Shown: positions 17,754 to 26,237 of the stretch, in pieces | Layout: each line of letters opens with the position of its first letter | Numbering within the stretch: the stretch's first letter is position 1 | From: Chlamydiia bacterium | GTDB lineage: Bacteria; Chlamydiota; Chlamydiia; Chlamydiales; Parachlamydiaceae | Direction: 5' to 3' | DNA length: 60,451 bases | Assembly: GCA_038257035.1 (NCBI GenBank) | Contig: JBBSJT010000001.1 | Coordinates: 1-60,451, forward strand | Translations under genes and position numbers: made by a program | The notes under the pieces: model-generated | What the model saw: the letters and a program-made list of their open reading frames with translations, nothing else | Databases searched by the model: none | What the model was told of the DNA's origin: nothing

Positions 17754-18298
17754 TGATAGATTGGGAAAAAATCACCCTTAGAGACCTGGCAGGTTTTGTT
17801 TCAGAAGAACTCAAAAAACGTGGAATAGATACTATTCTTGTAGGGGGAGCTTGTGTAACAATTTATTCGGAAAATCGATATCAATCTTACGATCTTGATT
17901 ATATTACTTATGAAGATATGAAAAAGGTAAGGAAAGCCTTACATGAGTTGGGATTTAAAGAAAAAAACAAATATTTTCAACATGATAACTGTCCATGGTT
18001 TTTGGAATTTGTTTCTCCTCCTGTTGCTGTTGGTAATCAGTTCATAAGCGAATTTAATAAAATAATGACACCTTTTGGGGAAATTAAATTACTTCGAAAG
18101 GAAGATAGTGTTAAAGATCGCTTATCAAGTTTTTATCATTGGAATGACAAACAAGCCTTAAGTCAAGCTGTAAATATTTGTTTAGAACAGAATATAGACC
18201 TAAATGAAATTGAAAAATGGTCCTTAAATGAAGGACAATTAGAAAATTTCCAGGTATTCATTTCACGTTTAAATAAATCAAAAAGAGTGAACGGATAA
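17750..18298 (+). CDS. minimal nucleotidyltransferase-fold protein (Pol-beta superfamily)
   Basis: 182 aa. LVGGACVTIYSENRYQSYDLDYI fits the hG[GS]-x9-13-DxD nucleotidyltransferase signature. Translationally coupled (ATGA) to the wHTH gene. Confidence 0.5.
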   Translation: MMIDWEKITLRDLAGFVSEELKKRGIDTILVGGACVTIYSENRYQSYDLDYITYEDMKKVRKALHELGFKEKNKYFQHDNCPWFLEFVSPPVAVGNQFISEFNKIMTPFGEIKLLRKEDSVKDRLSSFYHWNDKQALSQAVNICLEQNIDLNEIEKWSLNEGQLENFQVFISRLNKSKRVNG

Positions 18299-18366
18299 AG
18301 TCTTTGCAAATAAATGCATTTTTCATGTTAATTTACCACTTACAAGTTAACATGAGGTGATCATCC

Positions 18367-19120
18367 ATGAATATATCCACAATATCTTGCAACACATTGC
18401 TTTATCAAGATCCCATCGAGTTAAAAAACTCTGATGTTGTGCAGTCAACTTATTTTGACTTTGAAGGAATGGATAAAAGCGTGCTTCCAAGCGATGACTT
18501 TTATCGATACGCCTGTGGCAAATGGCTGGAAACTAACCAAATACCTAAAGGTCATGCTGATTGGGGCTCGTTTCCCATGTTAAGAAAAAAGGTAAATGAT
18601 AATTTAGGTTTAATTACAACTTGGGGTGCCTTTGGGGCGGTTATTGCTCATGAAATTATTCATTCCTTCGATAATAATGGACGTAAATATGATGCAGAAG
18701 GGGATAAATCAGATTGGTGGCAGGAACAGGATGCCAAAAACTATGAGATGTATGTGGATGAAATTGTTGAGCAATTTAACAACTATACAATAAAATTTGA
18801 TGATGAAACTTCGCTTAATGTGAACGGTAAGATGACGCTCGGAGAAAATATTGCAGATTTTGGTGGACTGAATGTTGCTTTTGCTGCGATGCAAAAAACT
18901 AAATTTAGCAACTTTTGATGGCTTAACAGCTGAACAACGTTTTTTTCTTGGATATACACAAATGCACCGTAAAAAAAGTCGGAACGAAAGTGTTAAAATT
19001 AGGATGAACAACAATCCTCATAGCCCAGCAGAGTGGCGTATCAATGGAACATTATCGCAAATGAAAGAATTTAAAGAGGCATTTAATCTTCCCTATAATT
19101 GTCCGATGGTCAGGCCCTGA
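18367..19120 (+). pseudogene. peptidase M13 (neprilysin/PepO-like) remnant
   Basis: The N-terminal M13 motif (SDDFYRYACGKWLETNQIP) joins after about 40 aa directly to the zinc site (VIAHEIIHSFDNNGRKYD..GENIADFGG). This implies loss of most of the roughly 650-aa family length. The C-terminal end (QRFFLGYTQM..HSPAEWRINGTLSQMKEFKEAF) continues in the +1 frame (ORF 18872-19120). Confidence 0.7.
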
Positions 19121-19248
19121 ACACCTCCGCTCCAAAATGTGGGATTAGACAAAAGACCACCTTTAACATTTTTTAACAAAGAACAGCAACAGGAAAACCA
19201 GCCTTCAAACTGAAAAATTTAGACCTCTACAATTTATCACGTCTTCGA

Positions 19249-19407
19249 TTTTTTACAAGATATGCATGATCGCTTCGTGGCAAGATAATATCAACCCTCA
19301 ATAAAGCTTAGAGGTTGATTTATCTTGCCGCGAAGCGATCCTGCCGCGAAGCGATCCTGCCGCGAAGCGATCCTGCCGCGAAGCGATCATGCATATCCTG
19401 TAAAAAA
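19249..19407. repeat. T-run/A-run-capped palindrome with a 16-bp x4 tandem expansion in one arm
   Basis: TTTTTTACAAGATATGCATGATCGCTTCG ... CGAAGCGATCATGCATATCCTGTAAAAAA. The right arm contains TGCCGCGAAGCGATCC repeated four times (19326-19389). Confidence 0.9.
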
Positions 19408-19535
19408 TATCATTGATATAATTCAAGTGAGACCGGCATAGTTTTTTCACTTTGAAGTAGAACCAGTATATATTCCTCTACAACTTTTTTTCTGCTCTCA
19501 TTCTTTCTCTTTAGTCTTAGTGTTAAAAAAGGGTA

Positions 19536-20420
19536 TTAGCTGAGGTGGTGGGCAATCCATTGTTTGATGTTGAAGCCTTTACCCAAGATGGGTGAAAAGA
19601 TTTCGCCGACCTCTTTTAGTCTTGCACCCATCGTTCTGATGTTGAAATTTTCGGGCTTCAATCCTTTTTTTAATTCTTCCCAATGAATAGGTGTGGAAAC
19701 AGGCGCGTGAGGGCGACCTCTTAGGGCGTAAGGCGCAACAATTGTTTGCATTGCCCGATTTTGCAAAACATCCAAATAGATTTTATTTTGCCTTTTAGAT
19801 GGGCTCCTTTCAAGTGATGTAATGTTTGGGAGCTCTTCATGAATAAGTGTCGCTATTGCTTGACCAAAATGTGAAACTTGATCAATTGTATATTTTGCAT
19901 GTAAAGGGATGAAAATATGTAAACCGCGCCCACCGGAAGTTTTACAATAATGGGGGATTTTCCATGAATCAAAAAGGTTGTGTATCACATTTGTTGACTC
20001 AATCACTGTATCGAAAGGAACATCTACAGGGTCAATGTCTAACACAAAATAATCAGGGTAGTCTAATTTGCCGACGTGTGAATGAAAAGGGTGTAATTCA
20101 ATGCTTCCAAGATTTACAACATATTTTATTGAAGGCTCATCTTGTATTAAAAAATAAGAAATGTTTTTTTCAGTGTGTTCAATTTCAATGACTTTAATCC
20201 AATCCGGCAGATGAAGTGTCTTTGTGTCTTTTTGAACAAAACTTCCCCCTTCAATTCCATCAGGAAAGCGGCGAAGGACCATTGGCCTATTTTTTAAAAA
20301 TGGCAAAATGTATTCCACAACAGATTCGTAGTAGTCCAACACATCTTTTTTTGTGTATTTCTCTTGCTGCCAATAAATTTTATCAGGATTAGTAAGAATC
20401 ACTTCTTGTTTTTTTTTCAT
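19536..20420 (-). CDS. ligD: NHEJ DNA polymerase/primase (LigD polymerase domain, stand-alone)
   Basis: 294 aa. LTNPDKIYWQQEKYTKKDVLDYYESV..PFLKNRPMVLRRFPDGIEG, ..FVLDIDP.. and KTSGGRGLHIFIPL are LigD-Pol (archaeo-eukaryotic primase fold) motifs. The start overlaps the stop of the upstream gene. Confidence 0.85.
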   Translation of the reverse strand: MKKKQEVILTNPDKIYWQQEKYTKKDVLDYYESVVEYILPFLKNRPMVLRRFPDGIEGGSFVQKDTKTLHLPDWIKVIEIEHTEKNISYFLIQDEPSIKYVVNLGSIELHPFHSHVGKLDYPDYFVLDIDPVDVPFDTVIESTNVIHNLFDSWKIPHYCKTSGGRGLHIFIPLHAKYTIDQVSHFGQAIATLIHEELPNITSLERSPSKRQNKIYLDVLQNRAMQTIVAPYALRGRPHAPVSTPIHWEELKKGLKPENFNIRTMGARLKEVGEIFSPILGKGFNIKQWIAHHLS

Positions 20421-21952
20421 ATAGGATTCTCTCTTTTTACTTCTTTTGCAGATTTGTCAAGGCGAAGTCCTAAGAAAGTTGGATGCCTTAATATATTTTC
20501 ATCTGTCCATTCCGTAAAGGCAACTTGGCCTACAAGAATGGGTTTAATCCAGGTAGCCGGCATATTTGTCTTTATTTTAGTATCAAAAGGGCATTTATCA
20601 ACGATTAACGGGCTCATTTTTTCAAAAAGGTCTTTTAAAGTTTTTTGAGTAAAACCCGTTCCTACATGACCTGCATATTTTAATTTATTATTTTCGTAAA
20701 CCCCAAGAAGCAAGGCTCCAAAATGTTTTCTTGAGGCTCTTGGCGTTGTAAACCCTGCAATAACAAATTCTTGAGCATTAATCGCTTTTATTTTAAGCCA
20801 TTGTTTACTTCTTAAAGAACTATAAGCACTCGACTTCTTTTTAGCAATAATGCCTTCAAGTTTTAATCCACGACATTTTTTAAAAAGAAAAATCCCTTTA
20901 GTATCAATGTGATCGCTATAACGCACCCATTCAAAGGCATGCGCTATTAAAAACGCTTCTAACTTTTCTTTTCTTGTTGTCAATGGTAGCTCTCTTAAAT
21001 CTTCGCCTTCAAGCCATAGAAGATCAAAAACATAAAAATAAAGGTTTCCTTTTCCTGTATTCTGATAATTTTGCATGAGCTGAAAGTCAGATTTTCCCTT
21101 TTCATCTAAAAGAACAACTTCTCCATCCAAAATGCATTGGATCGCGACTTTTTCCAGCTCTTTAACGATCGGTTGAAAAAGCGCATTAAATGAATTTTCA
21201 TTTCTAGAATAGAGCTGAACTTTATGATTATCGACAAAAGCTAAAGCACGATATCCATCCCACTTAATCTCAAAAAGCCAATCGGGATCATCAAAGGGTT
21301 CTTTATGGAGTGTAGTAAGCATGGGGCGAAAAAATAATGGAAGCTTTTTAGCTGTTTTCTTTTTTTTTAACGAAATACCACCTGCAATTTCATCTAAAGA
21401 TTTTTTTGATTTAACTGAAATATCTAATTTCTCAAGGTCGGCTTCTTTTTCATATTCATCTTTACCCTTGATCATCAACCATTCATTCTTTGATGATTTT
21501 ATTTTGATCAAATTAAAACTGCCCTGAAGCTTAGTCCCAGTCAAGATAAACTCCAAATGTCCCTTTTTTAACCCTGCATCGATTGCTTTTTCTATCTCTT
21601 TTTTTGTTTTAGCATTTTTTCCTGTATAAGTTCCCTCATCCCAAAGCATTACGGTACCTGCACCGTAATTCCCTTTAGCAATAATTCCTTCAAAATCGTG
21701 ATAGTCGAAAGGATGGTCTTCAACCATAATGGCAAGGCGTTTATCATGACTATTAAATGAAGGACCTTTCGGCACTGCCCAACTTAACAAAACACCCTTA
21801 TGTTCAAGTCTAAAATCATAGTGTAAACGCGAGGCATCATGCTTTTGCACACAAAAAATAGGCAAGTTGGAAGAAGCTTCTTTTTTTACCTTGCCTTTAG
21901 GCTCATTCGTTGTATTAAATGTCCGCTTTTCCTGATATTTTTTTAAAGTCAT
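20417..21952 (-). CDS. ligD: ATP-dependent DNA ligase LigD (3'-phosphoesterase + ligase domains)
   Basis: 511 aa. N-terminal PE domain (FCVQKHDASRLHYDFRLE..LLSWAVPKGPS), then the adenylation motif FEIKWDGYR and an OB domain. The ATG overlaps the ku stop. Confidence 0.85.
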   Translation of the reverse strand: MTLKKYQEKRTFNTTNEPKGKVKKEASSNLPIFCVQKHDASRLHYDFRLEHKGVLLSWAVPKGPSFNSHDKRLAIMVEDHPFDYHDFEGIIAKGNYGAGTVMLWDEGTYTGKNAKTKKEIEKAIDAGLKKGHLEFILTGTKLQGSFNLIKIKSSKNEWLMIKGKDEYEKEADLEKLDISVKSKKSLDEIAGGISLKKKKTAKKLPLFFRPMLTTLHKEPFDDPDWLFEIKWDGYRALAFVDNHKVQLYSRNENSFNALFQPIVKELEKVAIQCILDGEVVLLDEKGKSDFQLMQNYQNTGKGNLYFYVFDLLWLEGEDLRELPLTTRKEKLEAFLIAHAFEWVRYSDHIDTKGIFLFKKCRGLKLEGIIAKKKSSAYSSLRSKQWLKIKAINAQEFVIAGFTTPRASRKHFGALLLGVYENNKLKYAGHVGTGFTQKTLKDLFEKMSPLIVDKCPFDTKIKTNMPATWIKPILVGQVAFTEWTDENILRHPTFLGLRLDKSAKEVKRENPI

Positions 21953-22845
21953 GAAGCCCTACGTTTTTTTGCAGGTTTTGGCTTCTCGGTTGGTTTTGTT
22001 TCTTGCGGCTTTGCCTTTTTATCTTCGTTAAGACTTTCCTTTAAAAGGGCGATAATGTCATGGACTTTAGACGTTTTTTTCTCTTGTCCAATAGGATGTA
22101 CTTTTTTACCTTTTGCTTTTTGCTCAATCATTTTCATTACTTCTGATTCATAAGTGTCGGTGTAACTTGCAGGTTTAAAATTGGTTGTTAAGTGATCGAT
22201 AAGTTTTAAGGCGATTGATAGTTCTTCTTTTGATGAAGATGTGGCTTCCGGTAATTTCAGATTACTCGTTTTAACAATTTCGGCATCATAGCGCAATTCA
22301 TTAAGTACAATGCCATTTTCATAAGGTTTGATTACTGCCAAATGTTCACGGTTATGAATGACAAATTTAGCGATCCCTATTTTTTTTGATTTTTTCATCG
22401 CTTCAAGTAAAAGGGCGTAGGCTCTTGTCGCATTTTTTTCAGGCTCAAGATAATAAGGCTTGGAATAATAAATGGTATCTATCTCGACTTCTTCAATAAA
22501 ATTGAGGATTTCGATCGATTTTGACTTATTAAGATTGATTTTGCTAAAATCTTCTGCTGTAACAACAACAAAGTCTCCCGGAGCATATTCATATCCCTTG
22601 ACGATTTCCTCATAAGGAATTTCTTTTTCCTCAGCTTTACAAAATCTAGCAAAGCGAACCTGGGAAAGATCTTTTTTATGAAGCATCACAAATTTTAAAT
22701 CATGTTCCCTTGCGGCCACAAACATTTTTACCGGAATATTAACCAAGCCAAAGCTAATTGAGCCCTTCCAAAGAGCTCGCATATTGTGATGGTCTTCAGT
22801 TTCTTTATTCTTAGTTTTTTTTTCGGGTGTTTTTTTTTGTGGCAT
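21949..22845 (-). CDS. ku: Ku protein (non-homologous end joining)
   Basis: 298 aa. MRALWKGSISFGLVNIPVKMF is the canonical bacterial Ku N-terminus, here preceded by a 21-aa basic extension. Lys-rich C-terminal tail. Confidence 0.9.
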   Translation of the reverse strand: MPQKKTPEKKTKNKETEDHHNMRALWKGSISFGLVNIPVKMFVAAREHDLKFVMLHKKDLSQVRFARFCKAEEKEIPYEEIVKGYEYAPGDFVVVTAEDFSKINLNKSKSIEILNFIEEVEIDTIYYSKPYYLEPEKNATRAYALLLEAMKKSKKIGIAKFVIHNREHLAVIKPYENGIVLNELRYDAEIVKTSNLKLPEATSSSKEELSIALKLIDHLTTNFKPASYTDTYESEVMKMIEQKAKGKKVHPIGQEKKTSKVHDIIALLKESLNEDKKAKPQETKPTEKPKPAKKRRAS

Positions 22846-22901
22846 AAGGATCCTTTAGGCTATTTCCCTCTTTTTAAATAAAAAACTATATGTTTTACAG
22901 C

Positions 22902-23202
22902 TTTTTTTTCACCGCTAAGGGGGGATCTTTTTACCGTTGAGTGGGACCTTTTTACCGCGAAGAACGCGAAGGGGGACGCGAAAGGCACGCGAAGAAGCGC
23001 GCTTAAAAGCGCGAAAAACAATATAAAGAAGAAGTTATAATTTACACAGTTCAGTTTACACTTCCAAATTTAATAACTATCTTGCTCTATTTCGCGCTTC
23101 TTCGCGTTTCTTCCCGCAGCGTAAGCTGCGCTCCTTCGCGTCCTTCGCGGTAAAAGATCCCTCTCAACGGTGGAAAAAAATCCTCCTTAGCGGTAAAAAA
23201 AA
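22902..23202. repeat. about 300-bp palindromic element in the ku / DUF2156 divergent region
   Basis: TTTTTTTTCACCGCTAAGG..TTTTTACCGCGAAGAACGCGAAGGGGGACGCGAAAGGCACGCGAAGAAGCGCGC ... mirrored by ..CTTCGCGTCCTTCGCGGTAAAAG..CCTTAGCGGTAAAAAAAA. The word CGCGAAG is iterated in each arm. Confidence 0.85.
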
Positions 23203-23312
23203 GCTAAAAAAAGGGATATATTAAAAAAAGGGTTTTGAAAAGTGAAGTCTTTGGTTATAAGGAAATTAAAAGGCCTTGGAATTTAAATTTAGCTTAAAAA
23301 TTAGGTTTAAAC

Positions 23313-24296
23313 ATGGAAGAGTCCAAATTATCAGATGTCTCTTGTGTGCGCAAATGGGGAGGATCGGCATCGGATGCGGTTCTTGATTCAACAAGTACAA
23401 TTTTTCGCACTTCAGGTTGTGACGGGATTATTGGTTATCGAGCCGAGAATAGATGTGCCATTGTATTTGGGGATCCCGTATGTCCTGAAAATCAAAGACA
23501 AGTTTTAGTGGAAGCTTTCCATGTTTTTTGCGCCTTGAAACACTTGAAAGTGGTCTATCTTGTAGTTTCTGAAGGTTTTGCGGAATGGTTGCTTCATCAT
23601 GGATATTGTAAATCGATGATTGAGTATGGTGAGGAATTCGTTTTAGATCCAAATGAAGACCCTAGAAAAAAAACAGGCGCTTCGGCAAGACTTGTCAGAA
23701 GAAAAACAGGGCATGCCATTAATGATGGCGTTCTTATTAAGGAATACATTCCTTTTGATGAGAGGATAGAGCAGGGAATAAGGCAAGTCGGGGAAAAGTG
23801 GTTGAACGGGAGAACCGGTCCCCAGATTTACATTGCCAACGTAACACCACTTGATAATCCTTCAGGGAAACGCTGGCTTTATGCTGAAAAAGATGGGCAA
23901 ATCATTGGAACAATCGTCCTTAGTCGACTCGAAAAAGAACAAGGATGGCTGTTTAATCATCTGATGTTTGTAAAGGACGCACCTGCCGGAGTTCCTGAAC
24001 TCCTTGTTGTGACAGGTCTTGAGATTGTATCTGCAGAAGGCTGCAAACATGTTAATTTTGGTACAGTACCTTTGAGTCAACTCGGCAAAATTTCCGGGCT
24101 TAATGGTGTTTCTAAGTTTCTAGCTATGAATTTTTACCACATGGCCAACAAACTCTATAATCTGAATGGAAAAAAAACTTTCTGGGAAAAATTTGATCCT
24201 GTCAGCAAAAAAGAATTTATTATCTTTAAAAACTCCCGCATTTCCTTGAGAGAGGCCTTGGCTTTAAAGAAAGCTTTAAATGCGAGTTTAAAATGA
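23313..24296 (+). CDS. DUF2156 / LPG_synthase_C domain protein (free-standing aminoacyl-lipid-transferase-like)
   Basis: 327 aa, no TM segments. VRKWGGSASDAVLD..IIGYRAENRCAIVFGDPVCP..YGEEFVLDP..LVRRK..WL..R.GPQI and ..FNHLMF..DAP.GVPELL.. follow the MprF C-terminal domain (PF09924) pattern. Confidence 0.75.
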   Translation: MEESKLSDVSCVRKWGGSASDAVLDSTSTIFRTSGCDGIIGYRAENRCAIVFGDPVCPENQRQVLVEAFHVFCALKHLKVVYLVVSEGFAEWLLHHGYCKSMIEYGEEFVLDPNEDPRKKTGASARLVRRKTGHAINDGVLIKEYIPFDERIEQGIRQVGEKWLNGRTGPQIYIANVTPLDNPSGKRWLYAEKDGQIIGTIVLSRLEKEQGWLFNHLMFVKDAPAGVPELLVVTGLEIVSAEGCKHVNFGTVPLSQLGKISGLNGVSKFLAMNFYHMANKLYNLNGKKTFWEKFDPVSKKEFIIFKNSRISLREALALKKALNASLK

Positions 24297-25264
24297 TGAC
24301 GTCAGTGGAGTCTGTTAGAAAGTGGGGCGGATCGACAACAGATGCGATCCTGGACCCTTCATGCCAGATTTTTCGTCTACCCGGAATCGATGGATTAATC
24401 GGATATCGAAATATAAATGGCTGTGCTGTTGTTTTCGGAGATCCATTGTGCCCACCTGAAAAAATTGAAAATTTGATCGGCTCATTTCATGAATATTGTA
24501 GAGGCATTAACTTGAAAGTGATTTACCTGATTGTTTCAGAACCCTTTGCAGCATGGCTTGTAGAAAAGGGCTTTTGCAAAGCCAAGATCGAATATGGCGA
24601 GGAGCTCGTTTTAGACCCGCATGATGACCCAAGAAGAAAACAGGGGAGTCATGCAAGCTTGGTCAGACGAAAAGTGCGTCATGCAGAATCTGAAAATGTG
24701 ACCGTTAAAGAGTATGTTCCAACAAATGAAACCATTGAAAAAGGAATCGTTCAAGTAGGGCAGAAATGGCTTGAAAATCGACAAGGGCCACAAATCCACA
24801 TTTCGAATGTCCGCACGTTTGACAACACTTACGGAAAAAGATGGTTTTACGCACAAGTTAAAGACCAAATTATTGGTGTTCTCACCTTAAATCGCCTTGA
24901 AAAGTACGATGGCTACCTTTTAAATCATCTGATGTTTACGCCTGATGCACCGGGTGGTGTACCCGAAATTCTTGTGATTACAGCACTCGATACTTTAGTT
25001 CTTGAAAATTGCAACTTTGTCACTTTTGGCACTGTCCCTCATGCTGCCCTTGGTGAAATTATAGGCTTAGGGCCTGTTTCAAAATATCTTGCCGTGAATA
25101 TCTATCTTCTTGCAAACAAGATGTACCATTTGGATGGAAAGAGAAAGTTCTGGGAAAAATTTGCCCCATCAAGTAAAAAAATGTTTCTTGCCTTCCAAAA
25201 TTCCCATATTGGCTTAAAAGAATTAATCGCTCTTAAAAACGCCCTCAATGCAACCGTCGTGTAA
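24293..25264 (+). CDS. DUF2156 / LPG_synthase_C domain protein, tandem paralogue
   Basis: 323 aa, colinear with the preceding gene throughout (VRKWGGSTTDAILD..LIGYRNINGCAVVFGDPLCP..). The ATG overlaps the upstream stop (ATGA). Confidence 0.75.
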   Translation: MMTSVESVRKWGGSTTDAILDPSCQIFRLPGIDGLIGYRNINGCAVVFGDPLCPPEKIENLIGSFHEYCRGINLKVIYLIVSEPFAAWLVEKGFCKAKIEYGEELVLDPHDDPRRKQGSHASLVRRKVRHAESENVTVKEYVPTNETIEKGIVQVGQKWLENRQGPQIHISNVRTFDNTYGKRWFYAQVKDQIIGVLTLNRLEKYDGYLLNHLMFTPDAPGGVPEILVITALDTLVLENCNFVTFGTVPHAALGEIIGLGPVSKYLAVNIYLLANKMYHLDGKRKFWEKFAPSSKKMFLAFQNSHIGLKELIALKNALNATVV

Positions 25265-25281
25265 CTAATTCAGTGTGATAA

Positions 25282-25653
25282 TCAACTAAAAAATGCTACA
25301 AAAAGACATAGTACAAACATTATAGATGCCGGAAGAAATTTTTTTATTGGATCGCGAACTTTTAAATGCATTAAAATGGCACCTAACATCAAAATGGCAA
25401 GCCCAAGGGCTGCTGGCCTTGTTAAAAATGGAAACCAAATACCTGCAAAAAGAAGGGTCGCTAAAAAAATTTTTAGAAATCCAACGATGATCATAACGAT
25501 TGGAGAAAGCCCATATGTGGAAAATTCATCTTTCATGTTTTTTGAATCAGCCCCACGCCATTCTGTAGCTTGGCTAAATCTTAAAATCCAAACATTATAT
25601 ATCCCCATAGCTATCACTACTTGAGCAATAATTACGCTTATTTCTAAAAACAT
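25282..25653 (-). CDS. small integral membrane protein (possibly DoxX-like)
   Basis: About 123 aa from ATG 25653 (MFLEISVII..), with four hydrophobic segments. The longer ORF-track start would overlap the upstream gene by 59 nt. The family call is weak. Confidence 0.35.
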   Translation of the reverse strand: MFLEISVIIAQVVIAMGIYNVWILRFSQATEWRGADSKNMKDEFSTYGLSPIVMIIVGFLKIFLATLLFAGIWFPFLTRPAALGLAILMLGAILMHLKVRDPIKKFLPASIMFVLCLFVAFFS

Positions 25654-25654
25654 A

Positions 25655-26074
25655 TTAGTAATTCCTATTAATGATTTGATCAATATATCCATAATACAAT
25701 AGAAAAAGGCCAATTAAAAACCAGCCAATTCCAATTAATCGGTAGGCAAAGATATTAGCATTGATAATCGGCTTAAAAAGTTTTACAAATTTTGGAATGA
25801 TTAAAATTCCCGCACCCTTGAAAATTGCCAAATATCCCATTATTGTAATTAATATAGGCCAATCCATAATCCAGATATTGTGAAGAGCAATAACAGAAAC
25901 ACCAATTATTAGAGCAAGTGTGCCTGCAAACAAAAGATTAAGATCTTCATCATCTATCATCTCTTTAGACCAAGTCCGGAAACGTTGCGGATCAAAAAAT
26001 ATAGCTATGCCAACAATTGTAAGGTAGATACCAAAAGCTTTGGCAAATAGAATAGATGTTTCTAATGATTCCAA
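25655..26074 (-). CDS. integral membrane protein, unknown family
   Basis: 139 aa with about four hydrophobic helices. The stop is 1 nt from the next start, suggesting a two-gene membrane operon. Confidence 0.5.
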   Translation of the reverse strand: MESLETSILFAKAFGIYLTIVGIAIFFDPQRFRTWSKEMIDDEDLNLLFAGTLALIIGVSVIALHNIWIMDWPILITIMGYLAIFKGAGILIIPKFVKLFKPIINANIFAYRLIGIGWFLIGLFLLYYGYIDQIINRNY

Positions 26075-26237
26075 AATAGATCTTCCTCGTAAACAGTGTT
26101 AAATTTTATTTAGCATAATATTTTAATACTGTAAATTTAAATTATCAATATTAAATCATGGGTCAAGCACTAAATCTTGATATGATCCAATAAATCAGAT
26201 AAGCTAAAAATCTAAAATGAATTTTGAGAATTTATAA

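Noticed and set aside
19326-19389. Possible CRISPR array (16-bp direct repeats)
   Set aside because: The repeats are contiguous with no spacers, the unit is far shorter than CRISPR repeats, and no cas genes lie nearby. It is a tandem expansion within a palindrome arm.
25654-25713. 59-nt overlap between the two small membrane-protein genes implied by the ORF track
   Set aside because: The internal ATG at 25653 gives a start 1 nt after the upstream stop and removes a non-hydrophobic leader. The overlap is most likely an ORF-calling artefact.
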